DNA of 64,000 bases, taken from positions 30,944 through 94,943 of the forward strand of contig CALWOF010000002.1 in NCBI GenBank assembly GCA_944382995.1, given 5' to 3'. Below are positions 39,335 to 49,615 of this stretch, piece by piece. The notes beneath the pieces are model-generated. The model ran no database searches and was not told the origin of the DNA. It worked only from the letters and a program-made list of their open reading frames with translations. Position numbers and translations under genes: made by a program. The DNA comes from an uncultured Oscillospiraceae bacterium (GTDB taxonomy: Bacteria; Bacillota; Clostridia; Oscillospirales; Oscillospiraceae). Position 1 is the first letter of the stretch. Each line of letters opens with the position of its first letter.

Positions 39335-42300
39335 ATGAGAGGACCGGACCAGAACATGCACGACATCTATGACCCCGCCGCGGAGCACGACGCCTGCGGC
39401 ATCGGCGCGGTGGTGGACCTGCGGGGCAGGCCGTCCCACGCCACGGTGGACAGCGCCCTGAAGATCGTGGAGAAGCTGGAGCACCGGGCGGGCAAGGATG
39501 CCTCCGGCGAGACCGGCGACGGCGTGGGCGTGATGCTCCAGGTGCCCCACAGGCTGATGGCAAAGGCCGCGGCAACAGCGGGCATCTCTCTGGGCGGCCC
39601 CCGGGACTACGGCGTGGGGATGTTCTTCCTGCCGGAGGATGCCCTGAAGCGGGCCCAGGCGAAGAAGATGATGGAGATCATCACGGCGAAGGAGGGCATG
39701 GAGTTTCTGGGCTGGCGGGACGTGCCCACCCACCCGGAGGTGCTGGGGCAAAAGGCCCTGGACTGCATGCCCCACATCAGCCAGTGCTTCATCCGGCGGC
39801 CGGCGGACTGCCCGCCGGGGCTGGACTTTGACCGAAAGCTGTACGTGGCCCGGCGGGTGTTCGAGCAGTCCAACGTCAACACCTACATCTGCTCCCTCTC
39901 CAGCCGGACCATCGTCTACAAGGGCATGTTCCTGGTGGGGCAGCTGCGGAAGTTCTACGCGGATCTCACCGATCCGGACTGCGAGAGCGCCCTGGCCCTG
40001 GTCCACTCCCGCTTCTCCACCAACACGAACCCCAGCTGGCAGCGGGCCCACCCCAACCGCTGCATCCTCCACAACGGGGAGATCAACACCATCCGGGGCA
40101 ACGCGGACCGGATGCTGGCCCGGGAGGAGACCATGCGCTCCCCGGTCTTGGAGGCGGACATGGACAAGCTCCTCCCGGTGATCGACCAGAGCGGGTCTGA
40201 CTCCGCCATGCTGGACAACACCCTGGAATTCCTGCTGATGAACAGCATCCCCCTGCCCCAGGCGGTGATGATGTGCATCCCCGAGCCCTGGGCCAACGAC
40301 CGGCGGATGAGCCGGGAGAAGCGGGACTTCTACCACTACTACGCCACCATGATGGAGCCCTGGGACGGCCCGGCGGCCATCGTGTTCTCCGACGGCGACA
40401 CGGTAGGCGCGGTACTGGACCGGAACGGCCTGCGGCCCTGCCGGTGGTATCTCACCGACGATGAGACGCTGATCCTCTCCTCCGAGGTGGGGGTGCTGGA
40501 CATCCCGCCGGAGAAGATCGTGAAGAAGTCCCGGCTCCAGCCTGGGAAGATGCTGCTGGCAGACCTGACCGCCGGCCGTCTGGTGGACGACGATGCGGTC
40601 AAGGTCCATTACGCCAGCCGGCAGCCCTACGGCGAGTGGCTGGATGCCCACCTGGTCCATCTCCGGGACCTCCCCATCCCCAACCGGCGGGTGGAGCGGG
40701 CCTCCCAGGAGCTGCGGGACCGGCTGTACAAGGCCTTCGGCTATACCTATGAGGAGGTGAAGGACGCCATCCTCCCCATGGCCCGGGACGGGGCGGAGCC
40801 CACCGCCGCCATGGGGACGGACACACCGCTGGCGGTGCTCTCGGAGCAGCACCAGCCCCTGTTCAGCTACTTCAAGCAGCTCTTCGCCCAGGTGACCAAC
40901 CCGCCCATGGACGCCATCCGGGAGGAGATCGTCACCGACACCACGGTCTACGTGGGCGCCGCCGGCAACTTGCTGGAGGAGCGGCCGGAGAACTGCACGG
41001 TCCTCCAGATCCACAACCCCATCCTCACCTCTGTGGACCTGATGAAGATCCGCTACATGGACCGGCCCGGCCTCCGTGCGGAGACCATCTCTCTGCTGTA
41101 CTACAAGGGCTCCCCACTGGCAAACGCCCTGGACCGGCTGTTCGTGGAGGCGGACAGGGCCTATAAAAACGGCGCCAACATCCTGATCCTGTCGGACCGC
41201 GGGGTGGACGAGAACCATGTTGCCATTCCCTCCCTGCTGGCGGTCTCCGCCCTGGAGCAGTATCTGGTGCGGACGAAAAAGCGCACCGCCGTGTCCATGA
41301 TCCTGGAGAGCGCGGAGCCCCGGGACGTCCACCACTTCGCGACGCTCCTGGGCTACGGCGCCCAGGCCATCAACCCGTATCTCGCCCAGGAGTGCGTGGA
41401 GGAGCTGGTGTCCCTTGGTCTTTTGGACAAGGATCCCGCCGCCGCTGTCCACGACTACAACAGTGCCATCCTCCACGGCATCGTGAAGATCGCCTCCAAG
41501 ATGGGCATCTCCACCGTCCAGTCCTACCAGTCCGCCCAGATCTTCGAGTGTGTGGGCATCGACCGGGACGTGGTGGACCGGTATTTCACCAACACCGTCA
41601 GCCGGGTGGGCGGCATCGGCCTGGATGAGATCGGCGAGGGCGTGGAGTGGAACCACAGCCAAGCCTTCGACCCCCTGGGCCTGGGCTACGACCCTACCCT
41701 GGACTCCACCGGCGTCCACAAACTCCGCTCCGGCCCGGACAAGGAGGACCACATGTACAATCCCCGGACCATCCTGCTGCTGCAGAAGGCCGTCCGGGAG
41801 AACAACTACGACGTGTTCAAGGACTACTCCGCCCTGGTGGACGAGCCCGCCAAGCCCCACACCCTCCGGGGTCTGCTGGACTTCAAATTCGATGAGAGCG
41901 GCGGCATCCCCATCGAGGAGGTGGAGAGCGAGGAGAGCATCGTCCGCCGGTTCAAGACCGGCGCCATGAGCTACGGCTCCATCTCCCAGGAGGCCCACGA
42001 GTGTCTGGCCATCGCCATGAATCGGATCTGCGGCAAGTCCAACTCCGGCGAGGGCGGCGAGGAGGCGGAGCGTTTGCGCGACGAGCGGTGCTCCGCCATC
42101 AAGCAGGTGGCCTCCGGCCGGTTCGGCGTCACCAGCGCGTATCTGGTCAGCGCCCAGGAGATCCAGATCAAGATGGCCCAGGGGGCAAAGCCCGGCGAGG
42201 GCGGTCACCTGCCCGGCAGGAAGGTCTACCCCTGGATCGCCCGGACCCGGTGCTCCACGCCGGGGGTGTCCCTGATCTCCCCGCCGCCCCACCACGACAT

Positions 42301-43867
42301 CTACTCCATCGAGGATCTGGCCCAGCTGATCTTCGACCTGAAAAACGCCAACCGGAACGCCCGCATCAGCGTGAAGCTGGTCAGCGAGGCGGGGGTGGGT
42401 ACCATCGCCGCGGGCGTGGCCAAGGCCGGGGCCCAGGTGGTGCTGATCTCCGGCCACGACGGCGGCACCGGCGCGGCGCCCCGCAGCTCCATCCACGGGG
42501 CGGGACTGCCCTGGGAGCTGGGGGTGGCGGAGGCCCACCGGGCCCTCATCGCCAACGGCCTGCGCGGCCGCGTGGCCATCGAGGCCGACGGCAAGCTGAT
42601 GACCGGCCGGGACGTGGCCATCGCCTGCATGCTGGGGGCGGAGGAGTTCGGCTTCGCCACCGCTCCCCTGGTGGCCCTGGGCTGCTGCATGATGCGGGTG
42701 TGCAACCTGGACACCTGTCCGGCGGGCATCGCCACCCAGAACCCCCAGCTGCGCAAACGCTTTGCCGGCAGGCCGGAGCATGTCATCAATTTCATGCTGT
42801 TCGTGGCACGGGAGCTGCGGGAGTACATGGCCCGGCTGGGCGTCCGCACCGTGGACGAGCTGGTGGGCCGCAGCGACCTGCTGCGGGTCCGGGAGCATCT
42901 GGTGACCCACCGGGCGGAGACGCTGGACCTCCGGGGCCTGCTGGAAAATCCCCTGGGGGACCGCCCCGCCCACTTCCAGCCCCAGGACGCCTATGACTTC
43001 CACCTGGAGCGGACGCTGGATGAGAGCGTCCTTCTGGCGAAGCTGGGCAAGTCTCTGAAAGGAAAACGCTCCGGAAAGCTGGACGTCACGGTCTCCTCCA
43101 CGGACCGGGCCTTCGGGACCCTGTTCGGTGCCGAGGTCACACGGACGTGCGGCGACTCCCTGCCGGACGACAGCTATGTCATCACCTGCCATGGCGGCGG
43201 GGGCCAATCCTTCGGTGCCTTCCTCCCCAAGGGCGTGACGTTGGCGCTGGAGGGCGACTGCAACGATGGGTTCGGCAAGGGCCTCTCCGGCGGAAAGCTG
43301 GTGCTCTATCCCCCCAGGGACAGCGCCTTTGACCCCGGCGAGAACATCATCGCCGGCAATGTGGCCCTGTACGGCGCCACCTCCGGCCAGGCGTTCATCA
43401 ACGGCGTGGCCGGCGAGCGGTTCTGCGTCCGCAACTCCGGCGCCGTGGCCGTGGTGGAGGGCGTGGGAGACCACGGCTGCGAGTATATGACCGGCGGCCG
43501 GTGCGTCATCCTGGGTCCCACGGGAAAGAACTTCGCGGCCGGCATGTCCGGCGGCATCGCCTATGTGCTGGATGAACACCACGACCTCTACCTGCGGCTC
43601 AACAAGGACCAGGTGATGACGGATGCCCTGACGGAGCCCCACGACATCGCCGAGCTCCGCGGCCTCATCGAGGCCCATGTGGCCGCCACCGGCTCCCCCA
43701 GGGGGAAGAAGATCCTGGCGGCCTTCCACTCCTACATCCCCTGCTTCAAGAAGGTCATGCCCCGGGACTACGACCGGATGCTCCGGTCCATCGCCCAGTA
43801 TGAGGAGAAGGGGCTGACCCGCCAGCAGGCGGAGATCGAGGCGTTTTACGCTAACACCAGAGCTTGA
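39335..43867 (+). CDS. gltB: glutamate synthase large subunit
   Basis: EHDACGIG, HSRFSTNT, HNGEINT, FAQVTNPP, GAMSYGSIS, QGAKPGEGG, C-terminal GXGXG. Confidence 0.98.
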   Translation: MRGPDQNMHDIYDPAAEHDACGIGAVVDLRGRPSHATVDSALKIVEKLEHRAGKDASGETGDGVGVMLQVPHRLMAKAAATAGISLGGPRDYGVGMFFLPEDALKRAQAKKMMEIITAKEGMEFLGWRDVPTHPEVLGQKALDCMPHISQCFIRRPADCPPGLDFDRKLYVARRVFEQSNVNTYICSLSSRTIVYKGMFLVGQLRKFYADLTDPDCESALALVHSRFSTNTNPSWQRAHPNRCILHNGEINTIRGNADRMLAREETMRSPVLEADMDKLLPVIDQSGSDSAMLDNTLEFLLMNSIPLPQAVMMCIPEPWANDRRMSREKRDFYHYYATMMEPWDGPAAIVFSDGDTVGAVLDRNGLRPCRWYLTDDETLILSSEVGVLDIPPEKIVKKSRLQPGKMLLADLTAGRLVDDDAVKVHYASRQPYGEWLDAHLVHLRDLPIPNRRVERASQELRDRLYKAFGYTYEEVKDAILPMARDGAEPTAAMGTDTPLAVLSEQHQPLFSYFKQLFAQVTNPPMDAIREEIVTDTTVYVGAAGNLLEERPENCTVLQIHNPILTSVDLMKIRYMDRPGLRAETISLLYYKGSPLANALDRLFVEADRAYKNGANILILSDRGVDENHVAIPSLLAVSALEQYLVRTKKRTAVSMILESAEPRDVHHFATLLGYGAQAINPYLAQECVEELVSLGLLDKDPAAAVHDYNSAILHGIVKIASKMGISTVQSYQSAQIFECVGIDRDVVDRYFTNTVSRVGGIGLDEIGEGVEWNHSQAFDPLGLGYDPTLDSTGVHKLRSGPDKEDHMYNPRTILLLQKAVRENNYDVFKDYSALVDEPAKPHTLRGLLDFKFDESGGIPIEEVESEESIVRRFKTGAMSYGSISQEAHECLAIAMNRICGKSNSGEGGEEAERLRDERCSAIKQVASGRFGVTSAYLVSAQEIQIKMAQGAKPGEGGHLPGRKVYPWIARTRCSTPGVSLISPPPHHDIYSIEDLAQLIFDLKNANRNARISVKLVSEAGVGTIAAGVAKAGAQVVLISGHDGGTGAAPRSSIHGAGLPWELGVAEAHRALIANGLRGRVAIEADGKLMTGRDVAIACMLGAEEFGFATAPLVALGCCMMRVCNLDTCPAGIATQNPQLRKRFAGRPEHVINFMLFVARELREYMARLGVRTVDELVGRSDLLRVREHLVTHRAETLDLRGLLENPLGDRPAHFQPQDAYDFHLERTLDESVLLAKLGKSLKGKRSGKLDVTVSSTDRAFGTLFGAEVTRTCGDSLPDDSYVITCHGGGGQSFGAFLPKGVTLALEGDCNDGFGKGLSGGKLVLYPPRDSAFDPGENIIAGNVALYGATSGQAFINGVAGERFCVRNSGAVAVVEGVGDHGCEYMTGGRCVILGPTGKNFAAGMSGGIAYVLDEHHDLYLRLNKDQVMTDALTEPHDIAELRGLIEAHVAATGSPRGKKILAAFHSYIPCFKKVMPRDYDRMLRSIAQYEEKGLTRQQAEIEAFYANTRA

Positions 43868-43882
43868 GAGGAGGCATGCGAC

Positions 43883-45289
43883 ATGGGAAAACCCACCGGT
43901 TTTCTGGAATACACCCGCCGGGAGGACCGGCGGCGCCCGCCGGCGGAACGGGTCCGGGACTGGGAGGAGTTTCACCTCCCCCTTCCGGAGGACCAGCGGC
44001 GGGAACAGGGCGGGCGGTGCATGAACTGCGGCGTCCCCTTCTGCCAGACGGGCACGGTCTATGAGGGCAGGGCCTTCGGCTGCCCCCTCCACAACCTGAT
44101 CCCCGAGTGGAACGACATGGTCTTCTCCGGCAATCAGGGCCACGCCCTCAGCCGCCTGCTGAAGACTAGCAGCTTCCCGGAGTTCACTGGCCGGGTGTGC
44201 CCGGCCCCCTGCGAGGGCGCCTGCATCTGCGGCATCTACGGGGACTCGGTCACCGTCCGGGACAACGAGCTGAGCATCATCGAGGCGGCCTTCGCCGACC
44301 GCCGGATGCGCCCCCGCCGGCCGCCCCAGCGGTCCGGGAAAAAGGTCTGCGTGGTGGGCTCCGGCCCGGCGGGCCTGGCGGCGGCGGACCAGCTGAACCG
44401 CCGGGGCCACCTGGTCACCGTCGTCGAGCGGGCGGAATGCCCCGGCGGCCTGCTGATGTACGGCATCCCCAACATGAAGCTGCCCAAATCCGTGGTCCGG
44501 CGGCGGATCGACCTGATGAGCGAGGAGGGCGTCACCTTCGTCTGCGGCGTGGACGCGGCGGAGCGCGCCGTGGCGAAGCGGCTGCTGGCGGAGTACGACG
44601 CGGTGATCCTCTGCTGCGGCGCCGGGGAGCCCCGGCCACTGGGGCTGGACACCGCCGGCGTCACCGGCGTCTGCTGCGGCACGGAGTACCTGAAGTCCGC
44701 CGTGGAGCGGGCACAGCTGGGCAGGGAGGAGACGGCGGCCCCCTCCGCCGCCGGGCTGGATGTGGTGATCGTGGGAACCGGCGACACCGCCAGCGACTGC
44801 GTGGCCACCGCCCTGCGGCAGGGCTGCCGGTCCGTCACCCAGCTGGTCCGCCGGCCGCGGGAGGACTATCTGGACAGCGCGGGAGCGCTCCCGCTGGACT
44901 ACGCCCACGAGGAGGCCCTGGCCGTCACCGGGCAGGACCCCCGGCGCTTTTCCGTCCAGGTCAAGCGTCTCGTGACCGGGGAGAACGGCGCCCTCGCCGG
45001 CGTGGTCACCACTGATGATGACACCCTCCCCTGCCAGCTGCTGATCGCCGCCACCGGCTTTTCCGGGTGTGAAAGGGCCGTGTGCGACGCCTTCGGCGTG
45101 GAGCGGGACAAAACGGTCCGCACCGCCCCGGGGAGCTTCGCCACCAATGTGGAGAAGGTGTTCGCCGCCGGCGACATGCGACGGGGCCAGTCCCTGGTGG
45201 TGTGGGCCATCGCCGAGGGTCGCTCCGCCGCCGCGGAGGTAGACCGGTATCTGATTGGCTACACGAACCTGGCCCGTCCCATCGGATAA
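43883..45289 (+). CDS. gltD: glutamate synthase small subunit
   Basis: MGKPTGF, RCMNCGVPFC, FPEFTGRVCPAPCE, GSGPAGL, GDMRRGQSLVVWAIAEGR. Confidence 0.96.
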   Translation: MGKPTGFLEYTRREDRRRPPAERVRDWEEFHLPLPEDQRREQGGRCMNCGVPFCQTGTVYEGRAFGCPLHNLIPEWNDMVFSGNQGHALSRLLKTSSFPEFTGRVCPAPCEGACICGIYGDSVTVRDNELSIIEAAFADRRMRPRRPPQRSGKKVCVVGSGPAGLAAADQLNRRGHLVTVVERAECPGGLLMYGIPNMKLPKSVVRRRIDLMSEEGVTFVCGVDAAERAVAKRLLAEYDAVILCCGAGEPRPLGLDTAGVTGVCCGTEYLKSAVERAQLGREETAAPSAAGLDVVIVGTGDTASDCVATALRQGCRSVTQLVRRPREDYLDSAGALPLDYAHEEALAVTGQDPRRFSVQVKRLVTGENGALAGVVTTDDDTLPCQLLIAATGFSGCERAVCDAFGVERDKTVRTAPGSFATNVEKVFAAGDMRRGQSLVVWAIAEGRSAAAEVDRYLIGYTNLARPIG

Positions 45290-45447
45290 GGAACGGTCTC
45301 TGTCCCGCCGCCGGCCGGTTCCGAAAGGTCCGCCCTCCGTGATTAGCGAGAAATTTTCAGGGATTTTCCGCTGGGATTTGGAAAATTCCCACATTGACAG
45401 CCGGGCGTTCCCGGTGGTAGTCTTTTGAACATAATTTTTACATCAGC

Positions 45448-45720
45448 AAAGGCGTTGATGGAGAAAAGTACCGCGGAAGTTCCGGGCCAGTGAGCGGGGG
45501 ATGGTGAGAACCCCGTACCAAAGAGTCCGCGGGAAGAACACTCCGTAGCTGTGATCTGAACGCGGGAAACCGCCAGTAAGTGAAACGGGTCGTGACCGTT
45601 ACCTCACGCGGGCTTGTTGGAGCCTAGTCAAAGGGGTCCCCGCGCAGGGGGCAAGTCAGGTGGCACCGCGGATCGCAGCTATTCGTCCTGGAATCTCAGG
45701 ACACGGCTGCGATCTTTTTT
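45448..45720 (+). promoter_or_regulatory. T-box riboswitch, Asn (AAC) specifier
   Basis: AGTA, GGTGAGA, specifier GAAG-AAC-A (AAC 45537-45539), T-box AGGTGGCACCGCG (45658-45670), terminator 45671-45720; promoter TTGACA at 45394. Confidence 0.9.
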
Positions 45721-45738
45721 ATTTCGGAGGTGCCTGTT

Positions 45739-47322
45739 ATGTGCGCGATCATGGGATTTTCCCGCAAGACCCTGACCCGGGAGGAGCTGCTGCCCTTCTT
45801 TGACCGGACAAAGTCCCGGGGGCCGGACATGTCCCGGATCATTGAGACGCCGTCGGGCTGGCTGTGCTTCCACCGGCTGGCCATCATGGGATTGACAGAG
45901 GCGGGCATGCAGCCCTTTGCTCTGGACGGCAGCTTTGTGGTCTGCAACGGCGAGCTCTACGGCTTCCGCCCCCTGAAGCGGCAGCTGGCGGAAAAGGGCT
46001 ATCAGTTCCGCAGCGGCAGCGACTGCGAGATCCTGCTGCCCCTGTACAGGGAGTACGGCCTGGACATGTTCGCCCGGCTGGACGCGGAGTTCGCCCTGAT
46101 CCTCTACGACGGGGAAAAGGATGATCTCATCGCCGCCCGGGACCCCATCGGCATCCGGCCCCTGTACTACGGATATGACAGCGCCGGAGCCATCGTCTTT
46201 GCCAGCGAGCCGAAAAACCTGGTGGGGCTGTGTGCTGACATCCGTCCCTTCCCGCCGGGCTGCTACTACGCGGGCGGGCAGTTCGTCCGGTACGCGGACG
46301 TGACCGCGGTGGAACAGTACTGTACCGACGACCTGGAGACGGTGTGCAGAAGCATCCGCCAGAAGCTCATCGCCGCCGTGGACAAGCGGCTGGACGCGGA
46401 CGCGCCGCTGGGCTTCCTGCTCTCCGGCGGGCTGGACTCCTCCCTGGTGTGCGCCATCAGCGCCGTGATCCTGGGGAAGAGGATCCGCACCTTCGCCATC
46501 GGCATGGACACGGATCCCATCGACCTGAAGTACGCCCGGGAGGCGGCGGCGTTCATCGGCGCCGACTACACAGAGGTCACCATGACCCGGGAGGAGGTCC
46601 TCGCCGCCCTGCCGGAGGTCATCGCGGCCCTGGGCACCTGGGACATCACCACCGTCCGGGCCAGTCTCGGGATGTATCTCTGCTGCAAGGCCATCCACGA
46701 GCAAACGGACATCCGGGTGCTGCTGACCGGTGAGATCAGCGACGAGCTCTTCGGCTACAAGTACACGGACTTCGCCCCCAGCGCGGAGGCGTTCCAGGCC
46801 GAGAGCCGGAAGCGGATCGACGAGCTCCACATGTATGACGTCCTCCGGGCGGACCGGTGCATCTCCGTCAACTCCCTGGAGGCCCGGGTCCCCTTCGGCG
46901 ACCTGGACTTTGTGAAATACGTCATGAGCGTGGATCCGGCCCTGAAGCTGAACTCCTACGGCATGGGCAAATACCTGCTGCGCCACGCCTTTGAGACGGA
47001 TCACCTGCTGCCGGACGGCATCCTCTGGCGGCAGAAGGCCGCCTTCTCCGACGCGGTGGGCCACTCCATGGTGGACGATCTGAAGGCCTACGCCGAGAAA
47101 CGATATACCGACGCGGAATTCGAGGCCCGGCGGAAGCGGTATGACTACCGCCCGCCCTTCACCAAGGAGAGTCTGCTGTACCGGGAGATCTTTGAGGAGT
47201 ACTACCCCGGCCAGGCCCGGATGATCCGGGATTTCTGGATGCCCAACCGGGACTGGGCGGGCTGCGACGTGGACGACCCCTCGGCCCGGGTCCTCTCCAA
47301 CTACGGTCAGAGCGGGATGTGA
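45739..47322 (+). CDS. asnB: asparagine synthase (glutamine-hydrolysing)
   Basis: N-terminal Met-Cys, RGPD, HRLAI, NGELY, RDPIGIRPLY, LLSGGLDSS, EARVPF. Confidence 0.96.
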   Translation: MCAIMGFSRKTLTREELLPFFDRTKSRGPDMSRIIETPSGWLCFHRLAIMGLTEAGMQPFALDGSFVVCNGELYGFRPLKRQLAEKGYQFRSGSDCEILLPLYREYGLDMFARLDAEFALILYDGEKDDLIAARDPIGIRPLYYGYDSAGAIVFASEPKNLVGLCADIRPFPPGCYYAGGQFVRYADVTAVEQYCTDDLETVCRSIRQKLIAAVDKRLDADAPLGFLLSGGLDSSLVCAISAVILGKRIRTFAIGMDTDPIDLKYAREAAAFIGADYTEVTMTREEVLAALPEVIAALGTWDITTVRASLGMYLCCKAIHEQTDIRVLLTGEISDELFGYKYTDFAPSAEAFQAESRKRIDELHMYDVLRADRCISVNSLEARVPFGDLDFVKYVMSVDPALKLNSYGMGKYLLRHAFETDHLLPDGILWRQKAAFSDAVGHSMVDDLKAYAEKRYTDAEFEARRKRYDYRPPFTKESLLYREIFEEYYPGQARMIRDFWMPNRDWAGCDVDDPSARVLSNYGQSGM

Positions 47323-47380
47323 GCGAAATGGAGCGCCATTCCCTTTTGATAGAACACGAATTTGAGACAGGAGGTCATGT

Positions 47381-49471
47381 GTGATGCGTGAGACGAAAAA
47401 ACTGCCGGAGCTGTTCGGGAGCCTGGTATTCAACGAGGACACCATGAAGGAGCGCCTCTCCTCGGCGTCCTACCGTGCCTGGAAGCAGTGCGTGACGGAG
47501 GGGGCTCCCCTGGACCTCTCCACCGCCAACGAGATCGCCGAGGCCATGAAGCAGTGGGCCGTGGAGAAGGGCGCCACCCATTTCACCCACTGGTTCCAGC
47601 CCATGACCGGCGTCACCGCCGAGAAGCACGACAGCTTCATCTCTCCGGCGGGCGGCGGAAAGATCATGATGGAGTTCTCCGGCAAGGAGCTGATCCGGGG
47701 CGAGCCGGACGCGTCCTCCTTCCCCTCCGGCGGCCTGCGGGCCACCTTCGAGGCCCGGGGCTACACCGCCTGGGACCCCACCTCCTTCGCCTTTATCAAG
47801 GAGGGGAGCCTGTGCATCCCCACCGTCTTCTGCTCCTACTCCGGTGAGGCGCTGGATAAAAAGACGCCCCTTCTGCGGTCCATGGACGAGGTCAGCCGCC
47901 AGGCGGTGCGCATCCTGCGGCTCTTCGGCGACACGGAGACGAAACGGGTCACCGCCCAGGTGGGCCCGGAGCAGGAGTACTTCCTCATCGACAAATCCCT
48001 CTACGAAAAGCGGGAGGACCTGCGGATGACGGGCCGGACGCTGTTCGGCGCCAGGCCCCCCAGAGGCCAGGAGCTGGAGGACCACTACTTCGGCGCCATC
48101 CGGCCCAGGGTCGCGGCGTACATGAAGGACCTGGACGAGACCCTCTGGGCCCTGGGCGTCCTGTCCAAGACGAAGCACAACGAGGTGGCCCCCGCCCAGC
48201 ACGAGATGGCGCCGGTGTTCTCCGATGCCAACGCCGCCTGCGACCAGAACCAGCTGGCCATGGAGATGATGAAGAAGGTGGCGGACCGCCACGGCCTGGT
48301 CTGTCTCCTCCACGAGAAGCCCTTCGCAGGGGTCAACGGCTCCGGCAAGCACGACAACTGGTCCCTCTCCACCGACACGGGCCGGAACCTGTTCAAGCCT
48401 GGCTCCACCCCCCGGCAGAACGCCCGGTTCCTGCTGTTCCTGGCCGCCTTCGTCAAGGGCGTGGACGACTACCAGGACTTCCTCCGGGCCACGGTGGCCT
48501 TCCCCGGCAATGACCACCGGCTGGGCGCCCAGGAGGCGCCGCCCGCCGTCCTCTCCATTTTTCTGGGAGACGAGCTGGAGGCTGTGGTGCAGTCCATCAT
48601 CCAGGGCACGGAGTTCCAGGAGGCCGGCAAGCGGACGCTGAAGATCGGCGTGGACGCCCTGCCCGCCATCCCCCAGGACAACACGGACCGGAACCGCACC
48701 TCTCCCATGGCCTTCACCGGCAACAAGTTCGAGTTCCGGATGCTGGGCTCCTCCCAGTCCATCTCCGGCCCCAACATCACCCTGAACACCATCATGGCCG
48801 AGGAGCTGGAGCAGTTCGCCGACGAGCTGGAGGCCTCCCAGGATTTCCAGGCCGACCTGGAAAAGCTCATCCGCCGGGTGTTCACCGAGCACCAGCGGAT
48901 CATCTTCAACGGCAACGGCTATGACGAGGCCTGGATCGCAGAGGCCGAAAAGCGCGGCCTTTCCAACCTGGTGTCCGCCGCCGACGCCCTGCCCATGTAC
49001 ACCTCCCGGAAGAACATGGACCTGTTCATCAAGCATGGCATCTACACCAAGGAGGAGATCGAGGCCCGGGCGGAGATCCATATTGAGAACTACTCCACGG
49101 TGATCTGCATCGAGGCCAGGACCATGGCGGACATGATCCGCCGCCAGATCCTGCCTGCCGTCTCTGCCTTCGCAGGAGATCTGTGTGACCAGGCCACCGC
49201 AAAAAAAGAGATGAACGTGTACTGCCAGTACGAGGCGAGCACAGCCTATCAGCTCGGCAGCCTGACAGATGCACTGATGGCCGCCTGCGACAAGCTGGAG
49301 ATGGATCTGTCCGCTGTTCCCGCGGAAGCGGCGGCGGCAATGCGCTACAGCCACGATGTGCTGATCCCCGACATGGCGGAGGCCCGGAAGGCCGCCGACC
49401 AGCTGGAGACCCTCACCGCCTCTGACCGCTGGCCCTTCCCCACCTACTCCGAGCTGCTGTTTTCCGTCTGA
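47381..49471 (+). CDS. glnA: glutamine synthetase type III
   Basis: HFTHWFQPMTG, EPDASSFPSGGLRATFEARGYTAWD, HEKPFAGVNGSGKH, DRNRTSP. Confidence 0.96.
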   Translation: MMRETKKLPELFGSLVFNEDTMKERLSSASYRAWKQCVTEGAPLDLSTANEIAEAMKQWAVEKGATHFTHWFQPMTGVTAEKHDSFISPAGGGKIMMEFSGKELIRGEPDASSFPSGGLRATFEARGYTAWDPTSFAFIKEGSLCIPTVFCSYSGEALDKKTPLLRSMDEVSRQAVRILRLFGDTETKRVTAQVGPEQEYFLIDKSLYEKREDLRMTGRTLFGARPPRGQELEDHYFGAIRPRVAAYMKDLDETLWALGVLSKTKHNEVAPAQHEMAPVFSDANAACDQNQLAMEMMKKVADRHGLVCLLHEKPFAGVNGSGKHDNWSLSTDTGRNLFKPGSTPRQNARFLLFLAAFVKGVDDYQDFLRATVAFPGNDHRLGAQEAPPAVLSIFLGDELEAVVQSIIQGTEFQEAGKRTLKIGVDALPAIPQDNTDRNRTSPMAFTGNKFEFRMLGSSQSISGPNITLNTIMAEELEQFADELEASQDFQADLEKLIRRVFTEHQRIIFNGNGYDEAWIAEAEKRGLSNLVSAADALPMYTSRKNMDLFIKHGIYTKEEIEARAEIHIENYSTVICIEARTMADMIRRQILPAVSAFAGDLCDQATAKKEMNVYCQYEASTAYQLGSLTDALMAACDKLEMDLSAVPAEAAAAMRYSHDVLIPDMAEARKAADQLETLTASDRWPFPTYSELLFSV

Positions 49472-49615
49472 CAGAGATCCTCTCCCAGGCCCCCGAACGC
49501 GGGGGCCTGGGAGCCGTCAGGCAGCGCACTTTACAGGGGCGCTCCCCGGCGCTGCCGGCCCACTGGGCCGGCACCCGCCCGCAGGCGCGCCCCGGATGAC
49601 AGGGAGGACAGGAAT

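Noticed and set aside
38915-45394. 2159-aa minus-strand ORF
   Set aside because: Antisense shadow of gltB/gltD caused by GC-rich codon bias; no domain motifs.
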